A stretch of DNA of 64,000 bases from Thermoplasmata archaeon. Lineage in GTDB: Archaea > Thermoplasmatota > Thermoplasmata > Lutacidiplasmatales > UBA184. The notes under the pieces were generated by a model. That model searched no databases. It saw nothing but the letters and a program-made list of their open reading frames with translations, and was not told where the DNA came from. Below are positions 10,206-18,871 of this stretch, piece by piece (position 1 is the stretch's first letter; every line of letters begins with the position of its first letter). Made by a program: the position numbers and the translations under genes. The stretch lies in assembly GCA_022750055.1 (NCBI GenBank), contig JAKIWL010000002.1, forward strand, positions 21,042-85,041, written 5' to 3'.

Positions 10206-10219
10206 TCCGGACGTCCGGA
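10206..10219. promoter_or_regulatory. Perfect 14-bp palindrome TCCGGACGTCCGGA immediately 3' of surface-protein gene 3, about 150 bp upstream of orc1/cdc6-1. Terminator hairpin or regulator site.
   Basis: Read directly from the sequence. It is its own reverse complement. It lies about 15 nt after the TAG stop at 10187-10189. A small AT island (aaaagatagatat, about 10276-10292) follows. Confidence 0.35.
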
Positions 10220-10371
10220 ACGAGGTTCGGGGGCTCGCCGGAGGATTTGGGCGGCCCCGTCGCCGTGTCGCGACAAAAGATAGATATGGCTCGGCCCCCT
10301 CGCTGACCTCGCCCGAGGCCATCGGGGCGACCGGCCGACGCCGGCGTCCCGACGGGTATGGCGGAATTCGC

Positions 10372-11739
10372 ATGGAGACGGACCGGCTCGTCATCGCGGC
10401 CGAACCCGCAAACCCCCTCGGCGAGCGCGCGCCAGCCCCGACGGCACCGGGCCCGGGAGGCGGCGGCTCGGCCTCCGAACTCTTCGACTCGGTGATGCGC
10501 TACACGCCCGAGCTCTTCCAAGGCACCCGAGAGGCGCTGCGGGAATCCTACGTTCCAGCCCGCCTGCCGCACCGGGAGCATCAGATCCGCCAGGTAGCCG
10601 AGGTCCTCGCTCCCGCGCTCAAGGGCGACGTGCCGTCGAACCTGCTCATCTACGGCAAGATAGGGACCGGCAAGACGGCCGTCGTGGCCCAGGTCCGGTC
10701 GGACATGCTCAAGCGAACGGACCTGAAACATCGCGTCACGTTCGTGACCGTCAACTGCGCGAACGTGGATACGCCCTACAGCCTGCTGCAGACGATCGGC
10801 AACGCGCTCGCGGCGCGCGAATCCGAGCGGATCCCCACGGGCTGGTCGCTCGACCGGGTCCAGGCCGCGATGCGCTCCCTCCTCGACGCGCGGGAGGGTA
10901 CGGTCCTCCTCGTTCTCGACGAGATCGACCGCCTCGTTGCCCGGTCGGGCGACGGGGTCCTGTATACGCTCTCCCAGGTCAACACCGAGCTCGCCCAGGC
11001 CCGCTTGTGCCTCGTGGGCATCTCCAATGACCTGAAGTTTACGAACCAGCTCGATGCGCGGGTGCGCAGTCGGCTGAACGAAGAGAAGATCGTCTTCCCG
11101 CCGTATGACGCCCCGCAACTCGCCGACATCCTGAAGGACCGAGCCGAGGTGGTCTTCCGGGTTGGGGTCCTCGACCAGGGGGTCATCCAGCGCTGCGCCG
11201 CGTACGCCGCCCTCGAGAACGGAGATGCGCGCCGGGCCCTCGCGCTCCTTCGGTTAGCCGCCGAGATGGCCGAGCGGGACCGAGCGAAGCGGATCACGCC
11301 GGAGCACGTCGTGAAGGCGAAGAGCCGCCTCGAGCAGGACATCATCCTCGAGTGCTGCCGGACCCTCCCGTCCCACTGCAAGGTGCTGATGTATGCGATC
11401 CTGCAGCTGTTCGAGCGGCGCCGCGAGGGTCTGCAGACCGGCGACGTCTATGCCGCCTACGCGCGGCTCGCCCAACGCCTTGGCTTGCCGCCGTTGCATG
11501 CGAGGTCGATCTCCAACTATCTGTCCGAGCTCGAGAACCTCGGCCTCATCCGCGCGACGATCGTATCCCGGGGTCGGGGTGGCCGCACCCGCGAGATCGT
11601 CGTCGACGTCCCCGTCTCCGAGACGATCCCGGCCCTCCAGGAGGACCCGCTGCTCGCCCCCCTCGGTCGTCCGCGGGGCCAAAGCCAGACGGTCCTGACG
11701 AACTTCGACAACCCGAATCGAACGGGCCCAGCCAACTAG
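10372..11739 (+). CDS. cdc6: Orc1/Cdc6 replication initiator (AAA+ ATPase with C-terminal winged helix)
   Basis: Walker A LLIYGKIGTGKTAVV. Walker B LLVLDEIDRL. Sensor and winged-helix C-terminus (LSELENLGLIRATIVSRGRGGRTREI). Overall collinear with archaeal Orc1/Cdc6. Confidence 0.9.
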   Translation: METDRLVIAAEPANPLGERAPAPTAPGPGGGGSASELFDSVMRYTPELFQGTREALRESYVPARLPHREHQIRQVAEVLAPALKGDVPSNLLIYGKIGTGKTAVVAQVRSDMLKRTDLKHRVTFVTVNCANVDTPYSLLQTIGNALAARESERIPTGWSLDRVQAAMRSLLDAREGTVLLVLDEIDRLVARSGDGVLYTLSQVNTELAQARLCLVGISNDLKFTNQLDARVRSRLNEEKIVFPPYDAPQLADILKDRAEVVFRVGVLDQGVIQRCAAYAALENGDARRALALLRLAAEMAERDRAKRITPEHVVKAKSRLEQDIILECCRTLPSHCKVLMYAILQLFERRREGLQTGDVYAAYARLAQRLGLPPLHARSISNYLSELENLGLIRATIVSRGRGGRTREIVVDVPVSETIPALQEDPLLAPLGRPRGQSQTVLTNFDNPNRTGPAN

Positions 11740-11770
11740 CCCAGTCCCCCGCCGGAGACGGTCCACCGAA

Positions 11771-11977
11771 TCAGGCCGTCGCGTCGGACGGGACTGCCAC
11801 GACCTCGGGGTGGGCCGCCCGCGCCCGACGGCGGGCCTGTTCGCGCTTGAGCTCGCGCAGGTCCCGGTCGACCTCCCTCAGCGAGTCGCTCGCCCGGCGG
11901 AGGCGGACGCGGCCGATCCGTTCGAGGGTCTCGATCTCGTGGTCGAGGGCCTCATCGGTGCCCCGAAAGCCGACCAT
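11771..11977 (-). CDS. Small charged/helical hypothetical protein (68 aa), 3 nt downstream of the aldehyde dehydrogenase stop
   Basis: ATG start at 11977, placed 3 nt after the aldH stop (11981). Protein MVGFRGTDEALDHEIETLERIGRVRLRRASDSLREVDRDLRELKREQARRR looks like a coiled coil. No homology recognised. Confidence 0.3.
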   Translation of the reverse strand: MVGFRGTDEALDHEIETLERIGRVRLRRASDSLREVDRDLRELKREQARRRARAAHPEVVAVPSDATA

Positions 11978-11980
11978 CGA

Positions 11981-13486
11981 CTACCGCGGGTCGATCTGGG
12001 CCTTCTGGAGGCGGCCGGAGTAGTCGATGAAGACCGTCTTTACCTCAGTGAACTCCTCGATCGCTGCCGAGCCCGCCTCGCGCCCGCCGTTCCCGGTGTT
12101 CTTTACTCCGCCGAACGGAAGCTGCACTTCCGCCCCGATCGTCGGCGCGTTGACGTAGGTGATCCCGGCCTCCAGCGCGTCGACCGCCTGCAAGGCGCGG
12201 CTGATATCGCGGGTGTAGATCGACGAGGAGAGACCGTAGTCGACATCGTTGGCGACGCGGATTGCCTCGGCGAAGTCCGGGACCTTCACGACGGACAGCA
12301 CCGGTCCGAAGATCTCCTCCTTGGACAGGCGCGAGCCATGGACCACCTCGAAGACAGTCGGCGCGACGAAGAAGCCGCGGTCGTACCGGGGCCCTGCGAG
12401 CTTGGAGCCGCCGGCGGCGAGACGCCCCCCCTCCTCGAGCCCGGTCTTGACGTAGCCGAGGACCTTGGTCTCCTGGTCCCGGGAGGCCACCGGCCCCATG
12501 TCGGTCGATTCGTCGAGCGGGTCGCCGACCTTGAGCGCGCGGACGCGCTCGAGGAGTCGGCCAAGGAACTCGTCGTAAATGCGTTCGTGAAGGATCACCC
12601 GACTGGTCGCGGTGCAGCGCTGCCCGGCGGTCCCGAACGCTCCGAACAGGAGGCCGTCGAGGGCGAGGTCGAGGTTGGCGTCCTCGAGCACGATCTGTGG
12701 GTTCTTCCCACCCAGCTCGAGGTGGACCATCTTGAGGCCCTTCGCTCCTCGGACGTAGACCTCCCGGCCCGTCTCCACCCCTCCCGTGAACGAGACGGCG
12801 CGCACGCGCGGGTCGGAGACGAGGGCATTCCCGACGACGCCACCGGACCCGGTCACGAAGTTCAGGACGCCCGGCGGAAGCCCCGCCTCCTCGTAGACCT
12901 CCACGATGCGCGCGGCGCTCAGGGCGGTGGTAGACGCGGGCTTGAAGACGACGGTGTTGCCGCATATGATCGCGGCCGCTATCTTCCAGTTCGGGATGGA
13001 GGTGGGGAAGTTCCAGGGTGTGATGCACGCCACGACGCCTTTCGGCTGGCGGATCGTCAGGCAGAACTTCGCGCGGAGTTCCGAGGGCACGGTCTCCCCG
13101 TAGAGACGGCGGCCCTCCCCGGCCATGAATTCGATGAAGTCGATCGACTCCTGGACATCCCCGCGCCCTTCCGCGATGACCTTGCCCATTTCGCGGGTGA
13201 CCGTGCGGGCTATCTCCTCCTTCCGGCGTCGGAGGATCGCGGCTGCCGCGAGCAGGATCTCCCCGCGTTTCGGGGCCGGGGTGTCTTTCCAAGCAGCCGC
13301 GGCGGCCCGAGCCGACGCGATCGCCGCCCCGACATCCTCGGCCGTTCCGGATACGAATTCGCCGACGGTCTCTCCGGTGGCCGGATTGATCGTGGTGAAC
13401 TTGGTGGCGCCGGTGGGGTCGGTCCAGCGTCCGCCGATGAAGAGCCCTTTGGCTACGGATGGGACCGAACTCGCCATCTCCGCCTC
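11981..13486 (-). CDS. NAD(P)+-dependent aldehyde dehydrogenase
   Basis: Start trimmed to the ATG at 13486 ([21 protein letters not shown]...). The ORF-track 5' extension to 13630 is Arg-rich junk. ALDH motifs [11 protein letters not shown] and [10 protein letters not shown], catalytic Cys in [14 protein letters not shown]. 501 aa. Confidence 0.9.
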   Translation of the reverse strand, partial: EAEMASSVPSVAKGLFIGGRWTDPTGATKFTTINPATGETVGEFVSGTAEDVGAAIASARAAAAAWKDTPAPKRGEILLAAAAILRRRKEEIARTVTREMGKVIAEGRGDVQESIDFIEFMAGEGRRLYGETVPSELRAKFCLTIRQPKGVVACITPWNFPTSIPNWKIAAAIICGNTVVFKPASTTALSAARIVEVYEEAGLPPGVLNFVTGSGGVVGNALVSDPRVRAVSFTGGVETGREVYVRGAKGLKMVHLELGGKNPQIVLEDANLDLALDGLLFGAFGTAGQRCTATSRVILHERIYDEFLGRLLERVRALKVGDPLDESTDMGPVASRDQETKVLGYVKTGLEEGGRLAAGGSKLAGPRYDRGFFVAPTVFEVVHGSRLSKEEIFGPVLSVVKVPDFAEAIRVANDVDYGLSSSIYTRDISRALQAVDALEAGITYVNAPTIGAEVQLPFGGVKNTGNGGREAGSAAIEEFTEVKTVFIDYSGRLQKAQIDPR

Positions 13487-13659
13487 GCTCCGACCCTCGC
13501 TGCTTAGAAAAGCCTGTCGTGGTCGAGTATCTTGACGTCGAACCAGCCTGGACCGACGGGCGATCCTGGGTGAGCACGGGGGTCGCCCGGCCCCAAAGGC
13601 CGTCGGCCCCGACTCGCGCACACGACACATTTTGTAGTTCCATCGGGTGTCCCGCCCTC

Positions 13660-15171
13660 ATGGAGAACGTTCTGGAGGCCGAGCTCACCCTCAGCTCGTC
13701 CAGCCTCGAGCGGGGGCTTCTCGAACCGCTCGTGGACCGGGTGGCCTCGGAGGCTCTCCAACGTTCCCTCGGCGCGCGCGGTACAGGGTCGTTGTCCAGC
13801 TGGGCCGTGAACGGGGACCGGATCACCCTCACTCTGGAGTCCGAGGGGGGTCGACCCCACCAGGCTCTCCTCGCCATGGTCCGTCGGCTCAGTGAGGAGC
13901 TCGGGCGTTCACAGAAGATAGGGGTCCGAGCCGTTCGGGCGCTGCGGTATCGGGTCCGATTCGCCGCCGGAGGCGCGCCGCAGAAGCCGATCTCGCTCCC
14001 GCTCCCCCACACCCTCGCTTTCGAGGGCGAAACCGCGACGCTGGAGTTCACCGACCTCCCTGAGGAAGCGCTCCGCGACAACTGGGTGGACCGAGCGGTC
14101 CAGCTCGTTGTCGAGAAAGTGAAGCGCCAGGGTTACGCGGGGAAAGAGCAGTACTGGTCGCTCTTGCACCCGGCTTCGCGAAAGGAGCACGTCGGAACCC
14201 ACGACCCGACCGAAGAGATGCTCAAGCGGTCCTGGGTCCGCAACGGGCCGACGAAGGGCAAGTGGTTCCTCGGCCCGACCGCGGCGCACCTGTTCCGGAC
14301 GATGGAACGCATCGCGCGGCGCGAGGTGCTCGAACCGCTCGGATTCTGGGAGGTGGTCCAGCCGCACCTCGATTCGTTCGAGATCTTGCAGAAGACCGGC
14401 CACCTCGAGGGGCTTCCCGGCGAGTTCTACTACGCCGCCGAGCCCACGACTCGAGACCCGGCGCAGTGGGAGACGTTCACGGACCTGGTCAAGATCACGC
14501 ACCGCGTTCCGATGGAGGAGCTCAAGCGCCTCGTCGGTCCCCCGTCGTCCGTCCTTTGCTACGCCCAGTGCCCGACGATCTATTGGTGGTTGTCGGGTCG
14601 GACCCTCTCCGCCGACTCCCTCCCCCTCAAGATCTACGACCGGACGGCCGTCTCCAACCGGTACGAGAGCGGAGGCCGACATGGTCTGGAACGGGTCGAC
14701 GAGTTCCACCGATTGGAGCCGGTCTACCTCGGCACCCCCGAGCAGCTCCTCGCCCTTCGGGAGGCGCTGTTGAAACGCTACGCCCACGTGTTCGACACGG
14801 TCCTCGACCTCGAGTGGCGGACGGCCTGGGTGACCCCGTTCTACCTGCAGCAGTCCGGCGGGGTCGGCGTGGAGGATGTGAAGGAGCGCGTGAAAGGCAC
14901 GATCGATTACGAGGCCTACCTGCCCTACCGGGGCGATCGGGAACACTCTGAGTGGCTCGAGTTCCAGAACCTATCGATCGTCGGGGACAAGTACACGAAG
15001 GCGTTCACGATCCGAGCGCAGAAAGGCGAGCTCTGGTCAGGCTGTTCCGGGATCGGCCTCGAGCGCTGGCTCACGACGTTCCTCGCCCAGAAAGGGTTCA
15101 ACCCGGCCGACTGGCCGTCGAAGTTCCGGGAGTACTGCGGCGAGCTCCCGACGGATGTCGAGTTCCTCTGA
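13660..15171 (+). CDS. Class II aminoacyl-tRNA-synthetase-like protein, best resembling the atypical (methanogen-type, Zn-dependent) seryl-tRNA synthetase
   Basis: Start trimmed to ATG 13660 (MENVLEAELTL...), 503 aa. Class II motif 2-like GRHGLERVDEFHRLEPVY (compare SerRS RVHQFEKVE). Motif 3-like SGCSGIGLERWL. Cys residues in CYAQCP and SGCSG are positioned like the Zn ligands of methanogen-type SerRS. Functional call is tentative. Confidence 0.6.
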   Translation: MENVLEAELTLSSSSLERGLLEPLVDRVASEALQRSLGARGTGSLSSWAVNGDRITLTLESEGGRPHQALLAMVRRLSEELGRSQKIGVRAVRALRYRVRFAAGGAPQKPISLPLPHTLAFEGETATLEFTDLPEEALRDNWVDRAVQLVVEKVKRQGYAGKEQYWSLLHPASRKEHVGTHDPTEEMLKRSWVRNGPTKGKWFLGPTAAHLFRTMERIARREVLEPLGFWEVVQPHLDSFEILQKTGHLEGLPGEFYYAAEPTTRDPAQWETFTDLVKITHRVPMEELKRLVGPPSSVLCYAQCPTIYWWLSGRTLSADSLPLKIYDRTAVSNRYESGGRHGLERVDEFHRLEPVYLGTPEQLLALREALLKRYAHVFDTVLDLEWRTAWVTPFYLQQSGGVGVEDVKERVKGTIDYEAYLPYRGDREHSEWLEFQNLSIVGDKYTKAFTIRAQKGELWSGCSGIGLERWLTTFLAQKGFNPADWPSKFREYCGELPTDVEFL

Positions 15172-15319
15172 GCCCGTCCGTTCGGGGGAGGCCCGACGGG
15201 CCGGGCGTGTAGCGACTCGGTCCCCCCCGAGTCCCCAGCGTCGACTCGAGGAGTTCGGGGAAGGGCCGGCACCTCCACTCGCGCCGGTCGGACGACCGAG
15301 GCCTCCGGGGATCCCTGAG

Positions 15320-16951
15320 GTGTGGAGGGCCGTCGATGGGAGCGTCGAGCACCCGCTCCTGCTCCCCGGCGCGCTCCGGGCGATCCCGTTCCAGCTGGAC
15401 TTCGCCCGCATTGGGATCTCCGAGGACCTGCTCGTCGTACTCCCCACCGGGCTTGGCAAGACCGCCATCGCCGCCCTCGTGGCCGCCGAGGTGCTTCGCC
15501 GCGAGCCCGGGAAGCTACTGTTCCTCGCCCCCACCCGCCCGCTCGTCCGGCAGCACGCCGATTGGTTCGCCCGTTCGTTCCGCGCCTTGCGGATCGCGCG
15601 CTTCACGGGGACGGTCTCCCGGCCGGTCCGGTCGGGAGGATGGGAGGCGGCCGACGCGGTCTTCGCGACCCCCGAGCTCGTCGCGAACGACCTCGCCGAA
15701 GGCCGGTACGACCTGACCTCCGTTTCGCTCCTGGTGTTCGACGAGGCCCATCACGCCGTCGGCAAGTACGCCTACGTCCCCATCGCCGAACGGTTCCGTT
15801 CGGACCGCCCGCCCGGTTCCCGTCTCCTCGCCCTCACCGCCTCCCCGGGCGGGAAGGACGAACGGATCGACGAGGTCGTCGGGGCGCTCGGTGTGCAACG
15901 GATAGAGGCCCGTTCGCGAGAGGATGAGGGAGTCCGGGAACACGTTCAGCCGGTCACGATCGAACATCGGTGGGTCGAGCTCCCCCCGGAGCTCGCGCGC
16001 CTCCAGGCCACCCTTCAGGAGGCCGAGCGCGAGGTCGCGCGCAAGCTTCAGCGGATGGGGTACCTTCGGAAGAAGCCGATCGGATCGCTCTCGATCAAGG
16101 ACCTGATCTCGCTGCGCTCGGAGATCTTCGCGCGACCCGGGCCGATGACCCGAAAGTTCGGCCCACTTTTCCACCAGCTCATCCTCCTGCACCTGCATCA
16201 CTCGCTCGAAAGGCTCGAGACGCAGGGGGTGGCTCCGTTCCTCCAATACGTCGATCGGGTCGAGCGCAAGGAGAAGCCCTCCCGGGGGGACCGGGCGTTT
16301 CTCGCCGTCTCGGGCCTCGTCGAGGCGCGTCGGGACGCCTCCGCGCTCCTCACCCAGACCCGGGTCGCCTCGCACCCGAAGCTCGACGCGCTGCGCGATC
16401 TCGTTGAAGAGGCGTACCGGGAGGAGCGGGGCCGCCCTCCACGGATCCTGATCTTCGCCCAGTTCCGTGACACGATCCAAGGGATCCGGGAGGCCCTGGA
16501 GGCGCAGGGTTTCCACGTCGAACGGTTCGTCGGCCAGGCGACCCGGGACAAGGACGACCCGGGGATGAACCAGAAGGAGCAGGCGCGCATCCTCGATGAG
16601 TTCCGGGCCGGTCGCTTCCCGATCCTGGTGGCGAGCAGCGTCGCGGAGGAGGGCCTGGACGTCCCGGATGTGGACATCGTCGTGTTCTTCGAGTCGATCC
16701 CGAGCGAGATACGCGCCATCCAACGGCGGGGCCGGACCGGGCGCTCCAGCCTCGGCCGGGTCGTGCTCCTGATGACGACCGCCACCCGGGAGGTCAGCTA
16801 CCAGAAGGCGGAGACCCGCCGGGAAAAGGCGATGGGGCGGATCGTTCGCCGCCTCTCGACCGAGTCGCGGGCCCGGTCGCGACGTCGCCGGGAGAGTTCA
16901 GCGACCGGGGAGTCGACCGTCTCCCCCACGGCCGATCCTCCTCCCTCGTAG
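15320..16951 (+). CDS. hef: Hef/FANCM-family helicase (helicase domains only, no ERCC4 nuclease domain)
   Basis: Collinear with Pyrococcus Hef: LVVLPTGLGKTAIAALVAAE (motif I), LLFLAPTRPLVRQHADWF, DEAH box LLVFDEAHHAVGKYAYV, helicase C motifs VASSVAEEGLDVPDVDIVVFFE and QRRGRTGR. Start chosen as GTG 15320 to match the Hef N-terminus. Alternative ATG at 15155 overlaps the upstream gene by 17 nt. C-terminus is a short R/S-rich tail, no nuclease. Confidence 0.85.
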   Translation: MWRAVDGSVEHPLLLPGALRAIPFQLDFARIGISEDLLVVLPTGLGKTAIAALVAAEVLRREPGKLLFLAPTRPLVRQHADWFARSFRALRIARFTGTVSRPVRSGGWEAADAVFATPELVANDLAEGRYDLTSVSLLVFDEAHHAVGKYAYVPIAERFRSDRPPGSRLLALTASPGGKDERIDEVVGALGVQRIEARSREDEGVREHVQPVTIEHRWVELPPELARLQATLQEAEREVARKLQRMGYLRKKPIGSLSIKDLISLRSEIFARPGPMTRKFGPLFHQLILLHLHHSLERLETQGVAPFLQYVDRVERKEKPSRGDRAFLAVSGLVEARRDASALLTQTRVASHPKLDALRDLVEEAYREERGRPPRILIFAQFRDTIQGIREALEAQGFHVERFVGQATRDKDDPGMNQKEQARILDEFRAGRFPILVASSVAEEGLDVPDVDIVVFFESIPSEIRAIQRRGRTGRSSLGRVVLLMTTATREVSYQKAETRREKAMGRIVRRLSTESRARSRRRRESSATGESTVSPTADPPPS

Positions 16952-17029
16952 ACGGCCAACGCGGTCAGGTCGTCCCGACGTTTCTCGGCTCGGGGCGAGC
17001 TTATTACCCGAACCTTCGATGGCCGGCCG

Positions 17030-17143
17030 ATGGACGTACTCGGGTTCTTCGTCTCGCATCTTGGGGTCGTCCTGTTCAGCGGGATCACGATCGTCCTCAT
17101 CCTCTACCTCATCCGGACGATGCTCCATCCGGAGAGCTACTAG
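17030..17143 (+). CDS. Possible micro-ORF encoding a 37-aa hydrophobic single-TM peptide
   Basis: ATG at 17030, TAG at 17141-17143. Peptide MDVLGFFVSHLGVVLFSGITIVLILYLIRTMLHPESY. Too short for the ORF track. Lies in the otherwise unassigned about 320-bp gap between hef and usp. Confidence 0.2.
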   Translation: MDVLGFFVSHLGVVLFSGITIVLILYLIRTMLHPESY

Positions 17144-17268
17144 GGTAGTCCTCGTGAACGGGAGGCGGTCCGGTGACTCGGAGCATCGCCGACCCCACTC
17201 CCTGGTTCGATGCCGGACCCGCTGCTCCGATGGCTCCAGGGCGATGAGGAGCCGCTAGCAAGGAATCG

Positions 17269-18072
17269 ATGTACCGCCGCCTGCTCCTCCCGGTCAGCGA
17301 GCCCTCCCTCGTGGAGCCCCTGATCCGGTTCAGCTCGGCCCTCCTCGATTCGGACGGAGAGATCCGGGTCCTGCACGTCATCCCGACCAAGACCCTTCCC
17401 GAACTGACCCGTCAATGGAGGGCCTCGGTCAACCTTGTCGTGCCGGCCCATGAGGCGGGGGCGGCCCTGGGAGTCCGGGTCGATCCCGAAGTGCGCGCGA
17501 GCACCGATGTCGCCGGCGAGATCCTGGAGAGCGCGGAGACCCACGGCACCGAGGGGATCGTCATGACCCTGCGTGGGGACCGCAGGAGCCACAGTCCGAT
17601 CTTCGGCCACATCGCCTCCTCGATCCTGCACCACGCCCCGTGCGACGTCATCGTCGTGAACCGGCTCGCCCTCACCGGCGATCCCTCTCCCCGGATCCTC
17701 CTCCCTAGCTTCAGCGATCCCGCCCCCCCGAAGCTTCTGCGCCTGGCCGAGGAACTCGCCGTCGCGAACCGGGGCGTCCCGATCATCACCCTGACGCTGG
17801 CGACCCGCGGACAGGGGGCCCGGGGCAGCTCCGCGACCCGCACACCGCGCGGGATTCCCCTCGAGCACCGGCACTCGTTCTTTTCCCAATCGCTCCTCGG
17901 AAGCCATCGGCGGCTGCCGGAACTGCTCGTTCACGAGGCGAGCCGCGAGCGCTTCGGCTTCCTGCTCATCGGGGAGGAGGCCCTCCATCCGGAGGGGCCG
18001 ATCCTCACCCGGCGGGTACTCGAGGACCTCTTCCGACGCGCCCCCTGCCCCGTGATGGCGGTCAAGGGGTAG
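17269..18072 (+). CDS. Tandem-domain universal stress protein (UspA family)
   Basis: Two Usp-like halves. The first ends GIVMTLRGDRRSHSPIFGHIASSILHHAPCDVIVV, the second ends LIGEEALHPEGPILTRRVLEDLFRRAPCPVMAV (the typical G-x2-G-x9-GS...CPVLVV pattern). Confidence 0.75.
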   Translation: MYRRLLLPVSEPSLVEPLIRFSSALLDSDGEIRVLHVIPTKTLPELTRQWRASVNLVVPAHEAGAALGVRVDPEVRASTDVAGEILESAETHGTEGIVMTLRGDRRSHSPIFGHIASSILHHAPCDVIVVNRLALTGDPSPRILLPSFSDPAPPKLLRLAEELAVANRGVPIITLTLATRGQGARGSSATRTPRGIPLEHRHSFFSQSLLGSHRRLPELLVHEASRERFGFLLIGEEALHPEGPILTRRVLEDLFRRAPCPVMAVKG

Positions 18073-18079
18073 GGTCGCG

Positions 18080-18871
18080 ATGGGCGAGCTCTGGTTCATC
18101 GGAGCGGGTCTCTCGGACGAGCGTGACCTATCGAGGCGCGCTCTCGATGCGCTTCGCTCCTGCTCGGCGGTGTTTGCCGAGTCGTACACGAGCGTCCTGA
18201 GCCCGGGGTCGTTCGATCGCCTCGCCGCGGAGATCGGCCGGCCGATCGTCGTCCTAACGCGCACCGAGCTCGAGTCCGAGACCCAGATCCTCGCGGCGCT
18301 GGACAGCTCACCGAGGGTCGCCCTGCTCGTCCCCGGGGACCCGTTCGCGGCGACGACCCATGTTTCCCTCCGGGAGAGCGCGGAGAAGGCCGGCCACGCC
18401 TGGCGATACCTCCCGAACGCCTCGATCGCCACCGCCGCGGCAGGGTTCCTCGGTCTGATGTCCTATCGGTTCGGTAGGATCACGTCGCTCCCGTTCCCCG
18501 AACCTGGATTCGCGCCGACCTCCCCCTTGGAGGCGATCCGGTCGAATCGCTCGGTCGGGCTCCACAGCCTCGTTCTCCTCGACCTGAGGCCGGCGGAACA
18601 GAAGTTCCTGACCGCGGGGGAGGGTCTGCGGCTGCTCGGCGAACGCGAGGAGCCGGGCACCCTGCCGGCGGGCGGGGGACCGGTCGCGGTCGTGGCCCGG
18701 ATCGGGTCGGAGAGCGCGCGCGCCTGGTACGGCCCCCGTCGGGAACTCGAGGGCTTGGAGTTCGGTCCTCCGCTACACGCGATCGTGATCCCCGCCCCAG
18801 ACCTGCACTTCGAGGAGCGTAGCGCCCTCGAGCGGTTCCGCACGCGGGGACCCGAACGCCACTCCGGCTAG
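18080..18871 (+). CDS. dphB: Diphthine synthase (diphthamide biosynthesis methyltransferase)
   Basis: Near-collinear with archaeal DphB: MGELWFIGAGLSDERDLSRRALDAL...AVFAESYTS...VALLVPGDPFAATTHVSLR. Tetrapyrrole-methylase fold. 263 aa. Confidence 0.9.
   Translation: MGELWFIGAGLSDERDLSRRALDALRSCSAVFAESYTSVLSPGSFDRLAAEIGRPIVVLTRTELESETQILAALDSSPRVALLVPGDPFAATTHVSLRESAEKAGHAWRYLPNASIATAAAGFLGLMSYRFGRITSLPFPEPGFAPTSPLEAIRSNRSVGLHSLVLLDLRPAEQKFLTAGEGLRLLGEREEPGTLPAGGGPVAVVARIGSESARAWYGPRRELEGLEFGPPLHAIVIPAPDLHFEERSALERFRTRGPERHSG

Noticed and set aside
10190-10371. Possible replication origin upstream of orc1/cdc6-1
   Set aside because: The region is short and GC-rich, with no ORB/mini-ORB repeats and no extended AT tract. 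Only a palindrome and a small AT island are present (reported separately).
12045-14081. 678-aa minus-strand ORF and many other 100-400-aa ORFs antisense to or out of frame with real genes. Examples: 374..1483, 1532..2287, 9275..10276, 10144..11118, 17140..18432, 18773..19816, 36192..38105, 41437..42888, 46983..49193, 53128..54960.
   Set aside because: Their translations are extremely Arg/Gly/Pro/Asp-rich low-complexity with no domain logic. They are the expected stop-codon-poor shadow frames of a >65% GC genome. Each overlaps a gene supported by clear family motifs on the other strand or frame.
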